Source: an uncultured Phycisphaerales bacterium
Lineage (GTDB): Bacteria; Planctomycetota; Phycisphaerae; Sedimentisphaerales; Anaerobacaceae
Assembly: GCA_963772725.1 (NCBI GenBank)
Contig: CAVYYI010000002.1
Location: 430,894-494,893, forward strand
Direction of reading: 5' to 3'
DNA: 64,000 nucleotides
Each line of letters starts with the position of its first letter. Position 1 is the stretch's first letter. Shown here one piece after another: positions 19,525 to 30,181 of the stretch. The notes beneath the pieces are model-generated. The model was given only the letters and a program-made list of their open reading frames with translations, had not been told where the DNA came from and did no database searches. Made by a program: the position numbers and the translations under genes.

Positions 19525-20674
19525 ATGAAAAAAATACCAACTGTTATATTGCAGATTCCGACAGCTTCAGGATATACCAGGGGCATTCTTCAGGGCATTG
19601 CCAAATATGCCGCTATTCATGGCCCATGGAATTTCTATGCGGAACCCGGGGGGTGGAATGAACTGTCCCTTAAGGATTATAAAGACGCTGACGGTATTAT
19701 CAGCCATACCCGCGGAAGGTGCATAATTAAACACGTAGCGGAACTGAATCTGCCGACTATTTTTATCGCCACTGAAGTAAAAGGCTATAATGTCGTCACC
19801 CTCTAATTCCGAGACGGCAGGCAAACTCGCCGCTGAATATTACCTCGATAAGGGTTTTAAAGAATTCGCGTACTGCGGCGTTGACCAAAAGGGCTTTTAC
19901 TGGTCGCAAATACGAAGTAAGGCCTTTTACGAAAGACTTACAGAGGCGGGCTTTCAGGCACATGTTTATAAACAGCCGAATCTGAAAATGGAGCTTTCGG
20001 AAAAGATAGAGAAAATGTTTATCGCCGACTGGCTGAAATCTCTTCCCATACCAGTGGGATTGATGGCGTGTAATGATAACCGCGGCAGGCAAGTGCTTGA
20101 GGCGTGCAGAGTCGCAGGTTTAAGAGTACCAGAAGATGTTGCCATCCTCGGCGTCGATAACGACGAAGTTATTTGCACATTATGTTATCCGGCACTTTCA
20201 AGCGTAAATTTTAATACTGAAAAAGCGGGATATGATACCGCCGAAATGCTTGATAAAATGATAGCCGGCAAAAAAATAAATCCCAGCAGGATAGTCGTTG
20301 AACCCACGCATATTGTAAGCCGTCAATCCACGGACACTCTTGCCATGGCGGATGAGGAAGTTGCCAAGGCATTGCGTTACATACGCGAAAACGTTCAGCA
20401 CAAAATTCTTATTGATGAGGTAGTAAACGCCACCACAACTTCACGACGTCAGCTGCAGGAGCGATTCCAGAAAATCATCGGGCATTCGATTCTCGATGAA
20501 ATCAAACGCGCCCACGCCGACCATATTGCACACATGTTAAGAGAAACAAACATGTCGCTGTCACGGATTGCCAGTACCTTGGGCTTTAGCAGCATATATA
20601 ACCTCTCACGGTTTTTCAGGCAGGAAAAAGGTGTCAACGCTTCAACGTATCGCAAGAAATTCGGCAAGGTATAA
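19525..20674 (+). CDS. XylR-type regulator (LacI-like sensor + AraC HTH), one apparent frameshift near 19795
   Basis: GILQGIAKY, MACND, VPEDVAILGVDND, LSS, RQSTD, C-terminal AraC HTH. Confidence 0.88.
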
Positions 20675-20747
20675 CATGTTGCGGCCTTTAGCCGCTAAAA
20701 AATACGAAGCACTAAACAAGTAAACCAGTTTTACAGGGAACAGGCAA

Positions 20748-21521
20748 ATGAAAAAACATTATATACTGTTGCTTGGCATCGCGGTTTTTTGTATTACAGG
20801 ATGCCAAAATTTTGAAAAGGATACTGTTACTCAGGTTTCGACAATAGACGCGCTTCTGGCTGGATTTTATGACGGGCAGATAACGCTGAGAAATCTGAAA
20901 TCCTACGGCGACTGCGGGCTTGGAACTTTCGACGGTCTTGACGGTGAGATGGTTCTGCTTGATGGCACAGTATATCAGATTAAATCGGATGGCAGAGTTT
21001 ATTTCCCGCGGTCTGACCAAACGGTGCCGTTTGCGACAGTGGTAAATTTTCAAAAAGATTTGACGATACAGCTGTCGGACAAAACTGATCTTTCGGAACT
21101 CGAAGAGGAGGTGAATAAAAAAATCGCCAATCCAAATATTTTCTGCGCTATCAGGCTGAAGGGAAAATTTTCAAAGATGAAAACTCGAAGCGTTTTTGCA
21201 CAGCATAAGCCGTATCCTCCTATGACTGAGGTAACGAAAAATCAGCCGGTTTTCGAAATGAGCGATATTTCCGGCACAATCGTCGGCTTCCGGATGCCTG
21301 CGTATATGAAAGGGATAAATTTTAACGGACTGCACCTTCATTTTCTCTCCGAAGATAGAAAATCAGGCGGACACATATTATCCTTTGAAATGGAACAGGG
21401 AACCGCTGGGCTTGATATTGCAAACCGCTTTCTAATGCTGCTGCCCAATGACCAGGGCGATTTCAGCAAACTTGACCTAAGCCGGGACAGAACCGCCGAA
21501 TTAAATAAGGCGGAAAAATAA
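20748..21521 (+). CDS. budA: Alpha-acetolactate decarboxylase family protein with lipoprotein signal
   Basis: QVSTIDALLAGFYDG, GLGTFDGLDGEM, HLHF..GGH; lipobox ITGC. Confidence 0.85.
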   Translation: MKKHYILLLGIAVFCITGCQNFEKDTVTQVSTIDALLAGFYDGQITLRNLKSYGDCGLGTFDGLDGEMVLLDGTVYQIKSDGRVYFPRSDQTVPFATVVNFQKDLTIQLSDKTDLSELEEEVNKKIANPNIFCAIRLKGKFSKMKTRSVFAQHKPYPPMTEVTKNQPVFEMSDISGTIVGFRMPAYMKGINFNGLHLHFLSEDRKSGGHILSFEMEQGTAGLDIANRFLMLLPNDQGDFSKLDLSRDRTAELNKAEK

Positions 21522-21523
21522 AA

Positions 21524-22715
21524 GTGTTTGGATGGGGGGATTTAATGGCAATGTTATCTATATTTGACACAAGGGTAAAAAAAAACGCGGCAGTTTTGCT
21601 GCTGATAGTCGTTGTGAATCCGGCACAGCAGTGTCTCTATGCCAAACAGGATATTGTAATCGATGGTGTGTGCGAAGCCGCCCTTGATTTGCCGCGAATT
21701 TATTTTCTGCTAAAACACAACAAAAACAGCCCGGTGATATGCGGGCCGGACGGATTTACCCCTGCTTACGCGTTTCTCGATACGGGGGCTTCGGGCATAT
21801 TGCTTTCACGTGAAACCGCTGAGCAGTTACATATAAATATTGACCCCAAAGCCGCCTTTGCCGATATAGGCGTCGGCGGCGAAGAATATTTCAATGTGTC
21901 CGAACCCTTGTACATCGGCCTTGCATCCTACGAAACAATCGAGCCTAATAACCAGAAAGCGTATAAAATGCTTGGGCCTGCGAGATTTCAGGTTAAGAAA
22001 ACTTATGCCGGCCTGCTAAGCGAACCCATGGACGTTGTCGGTACGCCGGTTATGGCCGGTCGGGTCGCAGTGCTGAATTGCGGCGCCACAAATTCGCTTG
22101 AATATTTTGCCGCTGATATTAAAAATCCAGGCGACCCAGCTATTCCAAAGGTTGATTTTGAAGTGGCGATTAGATTTGAAAGATTTTGTTGACCCGCGCA
22201 GTCCCCAGCATATTCCGCCTCTGCCCTCCCTTGCCCGCAATCCGGTAATAGATAAAATCAATGTAAGTTACAAAGGCAAAACATCGGTCGGCACCTGGCT
22301 TTTCGATACAGGGGCATCTATCAGTTTTATTTCTACCCCGCAGGCGAAAAAGCTGGGGCTTATGGATAAAGACGGCAGAGTCCTGGTTAAACAGGATTTT
22401 TCTCTTCCGATGGGCGGTGTGGGCCAAATGACTATGATTGCCGGTTTTCAGGTCGATTCGATAGCGATACAGACCGTCTCCGGCAACAAGCTGATTTTCA
22501 GGAATGTCCGAATCGGGGTCCATGATATTAAATATTCTGACCCGAACAGCGGCAAAAACGTTATCCTCGACGGTGTGCTGGGCAGCAACTTTTTATGTTC
22601 ATCGGCTAAAATGGAAGGCATTTTACCCGGGGAAGTGAACAAAACTCCGTTCGATAAAGTAGTAGTGGATATGCAAAAAGGCCGGTTAGGGTTTAAAATG
22701 AGAGATGATTATTAA
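21524..22715 (+). CDS. Two-domain retropepsin-like aspartyl protease, one apparent frameshift near 22180
   Basis: FLDTGAS and LFDTGAS catalytic motifs; C-terminal DGVLGSNF. Confidence 0.75.
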
Positions 22716-22743
22716 GATTCATTAGCTAAATGTCATTTTATCT

Positions 22744-24271
22744 GACTCTGTAGCATCTTTACCGGCAACATACCATTCCAGTCCTCTCATTATGAAGCAT
22801 TGTTATAGTTTGTAAACGGCCTTGGGACTGCTCGTCACGCTGCATATCAATGGCCACACGCTGGCTAATATGGTCTTGAGTTCGCACTCTATAGACACTC
22901 TTTTGCATCTTTCGATGACGACGATAACCTCGTTCAACCGCGTTGGATGTCGATGGCAGTTGTGAATCATCGAGAAAGGTCAACGCCTTTTCAATATTCG
23001 GCGTAAATAGTTTCTTAAGAGTTTGACCCAACGTTTTGAATCGTCGAACATGGCGGCGCAAGACAGCCAACCTTTCCAAGGCTGTTTCCGTGCGGCAACG
23101 GCGATCAAAGAGTCTGTAGACCTGATCCATGATCGAACGTAAATTTTTCAGATTGTGGCATTTTCGCGTTATACGTGAGAATATCTTCTTGTCTGCCTTA
23201 CTGAGCGAATGCTGCACAAACAAGTGTCGATGCTCAAACAAATCGGCAATCTCATCGGTCTGTTTTTTCTTTCGAGATGCCGCTTTTCTCGCGGTCGAGG
23301 ACGATGGACGGCCGCGTTGCAGCTTGGGCAGCTTCTTTTTGAGTTCTCGTCGCACCCGCGTAACAGCTTTGAGTATTTCTCTATTGATCTCCTTGAGAAC
23401 ATGAAATTCACATACCTGGTGGGCAACACCGGGGAATATCAGAGCCAGCGGCTCCGGGTATAACGGCGAGCCATCGGTCGTAACACCAAGCAGTGTCAGA
23501 CCTCTTTGATCCAGTTCCGTACGGAACCGACGAAAGAAGTTTATCATATCTTCATGGGTGGGATTATGGTCAAGAACATCGTAAATGAGCCGTTTGAACG
23601 TGCGGTTATCCACGATGGACAATACACAGAACGGCCCATCATATAATTCATCCGCCGCGATATAACCGGAGAAATCAGTCAGAACACCATCAAGGTATTC
23701 AGCAGTAATTCGTTTCTCAGCTTTTTCCCCCCGTCGCTTCAACCCAGTTTTGAATTGTAGCCCAGGGGACGAAAACCCGATGATCTCGCCATAAGTGCCA
23801 GGATGCCGGCCGATATGGCAGGCCGTCTTCCACAACCAATCGCACTGCCAGGTGAACAACCCGGCGGGTATAGTGGCAGCCGGGATCCGCAAGGTCGCAC
23901 AGGTCGGCATTGAAGTACTTCTTGCATTTTGAACAGCAGTGCTGTGAATAACTGACCCAAAGGTCGATTGGACGGTTGCCAGCCAAGTCTCCGAGGTCAT
24001 GCAGTTTTCGTCTGAATATTTTGTCCCGATAGGATGGGTGGCCGCAATAGGGGCACGGACGCTTTTTGTATGTGCGTGAAAGTCGTTTGATTTTAGCTTT
24101 GGGTAAATCTTTAACACACGTAATACCTTCCGTTACATCCGATACATATTCACCTGGCCCAGCCATAATCGTGTCTCCTGAAAAATTCAGTTTATTTCTG
24201 TTCTTCCAGGAGTTTTATCGGCTAAGACACCAAGATTTCCTTAAATATACCGGTATTTATGCTACAGTCAC
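22744..24271 (-). mobile_element. Insertion sequence (~1.53 kb) with DDE transposase, family not assigned
   Basis: Ends GACTCTGTAGCAT / GTGACTGTAGCAT (reverse complement); 8-bp direct repeat TTTTATCT at 22736-22743 and 24272-24279. Confidence 0.88.
22759..24166 (-). CDS. Transposase: OrfA (23717-24166, Zn finger + HTH) fused by -1 frameshift to OrfB (DDE)
   Basis: CPYCG..HCCSKC; ADELY, TTDG, CEFH, TSNAVE; G_GGA_AAA heptamer at the junction. Confidence 0.85.
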
Positions 24272-24435
24272 TTTTATCTGCTTATTTTACTGGTATTTAT
24301 CTCCAAACCCCATGCTGTTAGGTTTATAAAAAATCCGTGCCGGGTGAGCAATTTAAATCTTGACGTATAGCTCTATTTATGAAACAATGCAATTTTTAAT
24401 TATATTAATGTTTTTACCCAAGAAAGGATAAAAAA

Positions 24436-25842
24436 ATGAAGAAGTATGTAGCACTGTTTCTGGTGACAATATTTGTTATTGGTTTTATGGTTGGTTGTCA
24501 GCCGAAATCCACGAACAAGGCTTCAGCCGTTACAAACGCTACCGGAGAAGAAGCTGTAATTAAACCTGCTCCTGAGCCTGTCGAAGCCAATGTCGAAACA
24601 GCTAAACCATGTGCCAAAACCGAAACTGCCAAACCATGCACAGCCAAAGCCGATGTAAACTGCCCAGCCAAGGTCGGCACTACTTGTACGGCCAAACCGG
24701 CCACTGTATGCCCTGCAAAGGCCGAAGTCAAAGCCGACGCCAATTCAGCCACTCCAGTGCCAAGCGCCAAGAAAGAATCCGCTGATGTCAACCCAGCTCC
24801 TGCTAAACCTGCCGCTGCCGTTGCGGAAGCAAACAATGCGGTGGCTGTTACGGTCAACGGTTTTGTAATTCATAATAGTGATGTCGAGAAACTGATTGCA
24901 CCGAGTCTTGAACAGATGAAAAAGCAAAATCCCAATGTCCCGCCGCAGTTTATGGACCAGTACAAACAGTCTATGATGAAACGCGCTACAGAAAGTTTGA
25001 TAGTCAACCATTTGCTGGATGAAAAAGTCAAAGCCGCCAACATCACCGCGGATGCGAATGATGTTCTTAATTATATCAAGGAAATTGCCGCTCAACAAAA
25101 AACGCCTTTGACTGTTGACGAGCTGAAAGCTCTTATTGAGGCCCAGGGTAAAACTTTCGACGAGTGGAAAAATGAGATGCAGTTCGATAGAGTAGTTCGT
25201 TATCAGAAACTGATGGATTCACAGTGGGCAGGCAAAATCGACGTTAATGAGGCCGATGCCAGAAAATATTATGACGAGAATAAGAAAATGTTTGATATGC
25301 CTGAACAGGTCAGGGCAAGCCATATTCTTATAAAGTCCGTTGAGGACGCCAATAATAAAGACCCCAACGCAGCCAAAGCCGTTGCCAAGGCAAAAGCTGA
25401 AGACCTTCTAAAGCAGATTAAAGACGGGGCTGATTTTGCCACTCTTGCAAAAGAAAATTCCGTATGCCCGTCGGCGGTACAAGGCGGCGACTTGGGCTTC
25501 TTTGAAAGAGGGCGAATGGTGCCTGCTTTTGAGAATGCCGCCTTTAAGCTGAAAGTCGGAGAAAACAGCGACGTTGTTGAAACACAATTTGGTTATCACA
25601 TTATAAAAGCTACCGACCATAAAGTTGCGGAAACAATTGCTTTCGATAAGGCTAAAGACGATATAATCAAAGAACTTACTCAGCAGAAACAGAGTGAATT
25701 CGCGAAAAATTATATCGAAACGCTTAAAAAGGAAGCAAAGATAGAATATCCGCCCGGAAGAGAGCCATTGCCTAATAATCCTCCAATGGGAATAAAAGCA
25801 GCACCAGCTCCGAAAAACGCGGGCGAAGCCTCAATAAAATAG
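24436..25842 (+). CDS. PpiC-type (parvulin) peptidyl-prolyl isomerase lipoprotein, PrsA/SurA-like
   Basis: Lipobox MVGC; VRASHILI, FATLAKENS, GGDLGFF, FGYHII. Confidence 0.9.
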   Translation: MKKYVALFLVTIFVIGFMVGCQPKSTNKASAVTNATGEEAVIKPAPEPVEANVETAKPCAKTETAKPCTAKADVNCPAKVGTTCTAKPATVCPAKAEVKADANSATPVPSAKKESADVNPAPAKPAAAVAEANNAVAVTVNGFVIHNSDVEKLIAPSLEQMKKQNPNVPPQFMDQYKQSMMKRATESLIVNHLLDEKVKAANITADANDVLNYIKEIAAQQKTPLTVDELKALIEAQGKTFDEWKNEMQFDRVVRYQKLMDSQWAGKIDVNEADARKYYDENKKMFDMPEQVRASHILIKSVEDANNKDPNAAKAVAKAKAEDLLKQIKDGADFATLAKENSVCPSAVQGGDLGFFERGRMVPAFENAAFKLKVGENSDVVETQFGYHIIKATDHKVAETIAFDKAKDDIIKELTQQKQSEFAKNYIETLKKEAKIEYPPGREPLPNNPPMGIKAAPAPKNAGEASIK

Positions 25843-25871
25843 ATGTGAACGCGGATTTGAAATTGTAAAAC

Positions 25872-25913
25872 AAAATCGGCTGGCGGAAATTATTCTGACC
25901 AGCCGATTTTTTT
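25872..25913. terminator. Bidirectional intrinsic terminator
   Basis: AAAATCGGCTGG/CCAGCCGATTTT between convergent genes. Confidence 0.75.
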
Positions 25914-25945
25914 ATTGTAATTTTTCCCTACAAAACTTAACCTGA

Positions 25946-26965
25946 TTAACCACCTACAAACTCATTTCCGACTTTTCTTGCCCGCTCGGGCTTATCCAAA
26001 TTGATTCCGATGGCAAGGCCGATTTCAACAAGCAGATTCCAGCCGGCACACAGATACACGTAAGGCGATAATTCGCCTGCGTTCGGCGTTTGAATTGTCT
26101 TAAATGACGTTGAGCGGTTCGCGATAGAAATAACCGTCAACCCGACACCATCAACCAAAACTTCTTTAAACTTGCCGAGTTCTTCTTCAATGGGGTCAAC
26201 TACAAAAACAATATCGCTTGGGTCCATAACTTCCTCGATGCCATGAACAGCATATGTTCCTTCAAGAAAATCGGATTTTCTGCGAGTGATTTCATTGGTC
26301 TTCAAAGTCAATTCTTCCGCTACTCCGTCATTATAGCCTGCGAAATAAATGGTCTTTGCGCCAATGGCCTTTTTTACGATATCACCATCTATCGGCAGCG
26401 TAAGGGCTTTTTCAAGATAGCCAGCCAGGACGGCACATTCTGCGCCAAGGTCTTTGCCCTGCAGATTCCACAATATTGATTCATAAAAAAGTGCCTGCTC
26501 GATAACGCTCTTTGTAGCGGCTACAGCTTGTTCCCATCCGCATTTCAAAACCCATGTTTTTTTGCATTCCTTTTCAAGCAGTGTATCCGGATTTGCGCTC
26601 AGTCCGAATCGGCGGCCATTGCCTATTGCTGCCAGTTTCTTTGCCAATAGAACAACTTCCTTTGTGCGGCCTGAATTTGAGGCAAGAAATACCGCGAAAT
26701 TTGAAAGATTATATTCGGCTGACTGTCTCGAACCATCAGTAGAAATATTTAAGCCGAGTCCCCACTTTAAGTTTTTACGCACCATATTCTTGGCTGGAAA
26801 TATTCTGCTTGACCCTTCTCCTGTCAGCAAAAGCTGGCCGGCAGCTTTAATTTCCTTCGCGACTTCTTTTGTCTGGCCGGCGTCAAAATTCTTTACAACT
26901 CGAACTACATCCATCATCTCCTGCACCAACGCGTACTTCGCATACTTCTGATCTTTGAGATTCAT
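25946..26965 (-). CDS. Double-SIS domain phosphosugar isomerase/deaminase (GlmS C-terminal-like)
   Basis: GEGSS, SNSGRTKE, EQAVAATKS, E..LK..E, HG, DKPERARKV. Confidence 0.8.
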   Translation of the reverse strand: MNLKDQKYAKYALVQEMMDVVRVVKNFDAGQTKEVAKEIKAAGQLLLTGEGSSRIFPAKNMVRKNLKWGLGLNISTDGSRQSAEYNLSNFAVFLASNSGRTKEVVLLAKKLAAIGNGRRFGLSANPDTLLEKECKKTWVLKCGWEQAVAATKSVIEQALFYESILWNLQGKDLGAECAVLAGYLEKALTLPIDGDIVKKAIGAKTIYFAGYNDGVAEELTLKTNEITRRKSDFLEGTYAVHGIEEVMDPSDIVFVVDPIEEELGKFKEVLVDGVGLTVISIANRSTSFKTIQTPNAGELSPYVYLCAGWNLLVEIGLAIGINLDKPERARKVGNEFVGG

Positions 26966-26997
26966 TTTTTGCCTCCTGAGTTATTTAGTTGTTTTTG

Positions 26998-29199
26998 TTA
27001 ACTTCTTTTCCGGATTCCTTCCACCATTTTTCTAAAGTCCTCAGTTTCACCCCTGACCTGTTTAATGAAACTGTTATCATCGATTATTCCTATTGCGGCC
27101 AGCATTTCTTCATTATTTCTGAATGTTGCCTGTCTGAATGGATTATCATAATCCTTCTTTCGTGATTGATATACCTGTTCGCTTACAAACTGCTGAATTC
27201 GTACAGCATTATCCAAAGCAGCAAACCACTGTTCTTTTGTTAAGTTTGATGTTCCTATCAAATCACACAATGTTGCGAGTGAATGTTTCTGTTTTTGGAA
27301 TTCATATTCAGACCAGAGTTTGTTATATCTTTCGTGTATTTGCTCCCATGAATTCAGCTCTCCAGAGCCGATATCCGCGCGAAGCTGGTCGAGGTCATTT
27401 TCAGGCATAAGTTGGCCGCCGATATTTACCCACCTGCTCTGGCGTGTTCCCTTAAGCTCATTCGCCATAGATGCAAAATTCGCATTCGGTCTTGCATTTA
27501 AATAATTTAATAAATTTCTTATTGCATAATAAAGCAGCATGTCACCATACGCGTTATATCCTTCAGCAGCCTTTACAATAACAACTTTGCGGCTGCTCTT
27601 TTCCATATTCTCACCAAGAACCTCCAGCTTACTGGCTTTCTGAGAATTATTCACCAAAAGATCTCAACCGATTTTTGCAAGTTCATCACCACTTAGCTTG
27701 TCGGCTTTATTCTGCGCAGACAGGCTGGCTTTGGCCGTCCAGATTTCGAGCAGCCTTCGGCCCGCAAAAATCTCCTCTGCGGTATCCGGCGCAAGAGCAT
27801 CAAATTCAATATTTTGAATTTTCACCTTTCGCTGGTCGCGAGTCTGGAATTTCCATGAATTTCTGGCAAGGGCATACATATTATACATCCACCAGAACGC
27901 CGGCATTATTTCAAGCTGGTCCTTGGAAGTATTATTATTGAGAAGCCCGAAAGGAAGCTGTATATTCAATTCGGTTGGGTAATCGCCCTTTGATAAAAGC
28001 GTAAATGACACGAATCTGCTCGAATGTTTGATGCTTACGCACAAACCTGGCCAGAAACCCCTGCCGGCCTGCACTTCGTTATCGTTTGCCCGGCTGTTAT
28101 GGTTCGAGCCGATAGTCGCGCCTGCCGCCAGATTGCTCTGTCCCATCACAACAGAAGCAATCAAAAACGAGTTGTTGTGATGCTGCTCGTGTGCCGGGAA
28201 TATTAAATTATTCAAAACCTCGCAGCAAGAAATCGTCGAGTTGTCGCCGAGGAATGAATGTATCAGCCGCGCGCCGTATTTCAGATTTGAATTGCGGCCA
28301 AGTATGAATCGCACAGCCTTGCATCCGTAAAAGATGTGGCAGCCGTACCCGATTATGCCGTTGATAAGCTCTACGCCTTCGCCAATCTGCGTCGGTTCAT
28401 CCTTCGAACTGTTAATTGTCAGATTTTTTAGCTTATTTGCCCCTTTTATATAACAATGCTCACCTATTTTAACATCTTTCAAAATCTGGCAGTTTTTTAT
28501 CACAGTCTGGTCACCAACTATGCCGTAATAGCCGCGGCTGGAGTTGAAAGTGTTTTGAGTTATCTCGGCAAGCTTTTTCTGCAAAGCCGAGTCGTCGCGA
28601 TATTTTGCCCAAAGATATGCATCGGCTGTTATCATCCCGTCAAAAGGATAAACACTTCGGCAGCCGGTTTCGTTCATTATATCGAGCTTAACACGTAATT
28701 TTTCAGGCTCCCCTTCCTTTATTATGCCGTTTCCGAACTTAGCGTAGTTTGTTGTGTGCATTTCGTCGATATTCGCCAGAATGCACCGGTTACCGATAAT
28801 ATAATGAGCTATATAGCTGACATTATGGATTGCCACATCATCGCCAATATCGCAGGATATAATCTTGCTGTCATACATTCCTGCAGGCAACTGTAAATCG
28901 TGATGCTCAAGGATGACTTTTCGCAAACGCCCTATTCTTACTAATCCATAAAAATCGCAACCGTGAATCAAATGCGGATCAAATTCATCACTGACAAGGA
29001 TATTATCCCAGCTGTCAGCAGTGTTATTATTTTTCACAAGCGACTCTACTTCATCAGCCCGAAGATTTCGCCATTTCTTATCCGGTTTGGAAATCTGCGT
29101 ATTACGAAGATAATATTCATCTTTACCTGTGGGGAGATATTCTTTAGGTATAAAATTTTTCCCCATATTGTCAGGTATTAGTATCGATACAATATCCAT
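26998..29199 (-). CDS. DUF4954-like left-handed beta-helix protein, apparent frameshift near 27660
   Basis: Hexapeptide-like repeats, HEQHHNNSFL, GSNHNSR; two ORFs 6 nt apart that read as one protein. Confidence 0.7.
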
Positions 29200-29294
29200 C
29201 CTTAACTCCTTTTGCGGGGTTTCCCGTTTAAATCTTTTCAGCTACGCCGCTAAGCCTCATTTCTATTCAAACGACACTATTTTTTCTCCTGGTT

Positions 29295-30017
29295 TCAAAC
29301 AAAAGCAGAGTCGGCCGCATGGATTCTCAAATCCTGGGTAGAGTTTTCAAGCCTAAGCTGGTTCATAAAATGCTCCGCGGCATGAAGCCTTTCTTCCGCC
29401 ATTCTGCGGACTGATTCAAATCTGAACCCTTCTTTGAGGCGGGCATGCCAATACATATATTCCTTTCGCTTTTGCCAGCTCCTGAGCATATCTGCGATGT
29501 TTCTGCCTTTGACAATACACCGCCTGATTTCATTGTAAACCCCGACCGTCCCCATATCATCCAGATTGCGGGCGTCTGAAAGTATCATAGCTTCGGTCAA
29601 TTTCGTCGAATTGACGCCGCTTTCAGTGATAATCCGGTTTATCTTTTCGATTTTCGAGCTGTCAATAAGCCGGTGCAATTTTTCCACAACTACCTCGGTT
29701 GAAAAATCCAATAGCTCCAGCAGGTTAGAGTCCGCCGCTGAGTAATTTATATTTTCGGCATCGCCAATAAGCTGCCTGGCAAAACCGCTATTGCTGAAAT
29801 ATGACGCCGTCATCAGGCAAAAATGGTCTATCGGGGGATTTGCCTGAGCTAATTCAGGAAGCCGGCATATAAATTCGACATTGCGAACCAATCGCTGTGT
29901 GCAATCCCATAAAAATACATCACAACCCCCGCCACGCCGCGGCTTAATCAAAGATTCCCTGGCAAGGTTTATCACACTATCGAGGTCGGACATAACTTTT
30001 TCCCTTGAAATTCGCAC
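29295..30017 (-). CDS. Degenerate HD-fold protein
   Basis: EAMILSDARNLDDMGTVG resembles the HD C-terminal motif; His ligands absent. Confidence 0.55.
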   Translation of the reverse strand: MRISREKVMSDLDSVINLARESLIKPRRGGGCDVFLWDCTQRLVRNVEFICRLPELAQANPPIDHFCLMTASYFSNSGFARQLIGDAENINYSAADSNLLELLDFSTEVVVEKLHRLIDSSKIEKINRIITESGVNSTKLTEAMILSDARNLDDMGTVGVYNEIRRCIVKGRNIADMLRSWQKRKEYMYWHARLKEGFRFESVRRMAEERLHAAEHFMNQLRLENSTQDLRIHAADSAFV

Positions 30018-30181
30018 TTATCAAACCAACATCTTGTAACACAGCGTCCCCTTCCAGTCAAGCGATTTTTAAGGTGAATTTTTAAGGTGAATTTTTGGGA
30101 TAGCCTGGAAAATTAGTATTTTTTGAACTTTGTGTTTGATTTAATTTGATTTAAATCCATATCAAGTGGTATCATGCTCGA

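Noticed and set aside
23735..24117. N-terminal third of the 452-aa transposase ORF as real protein
   Set aside because: The Zn-finger/HTH sequence is in the other frame (OrfA); this part is an open overlap upstream of the slippery site
30067..30096. 13-bp tandem duplication AAGGTGAATTTTT between divergent genes
   Set aside because: Only two copies in AT-rich DNA; could be an operator but equally a slippage or assembly artefact
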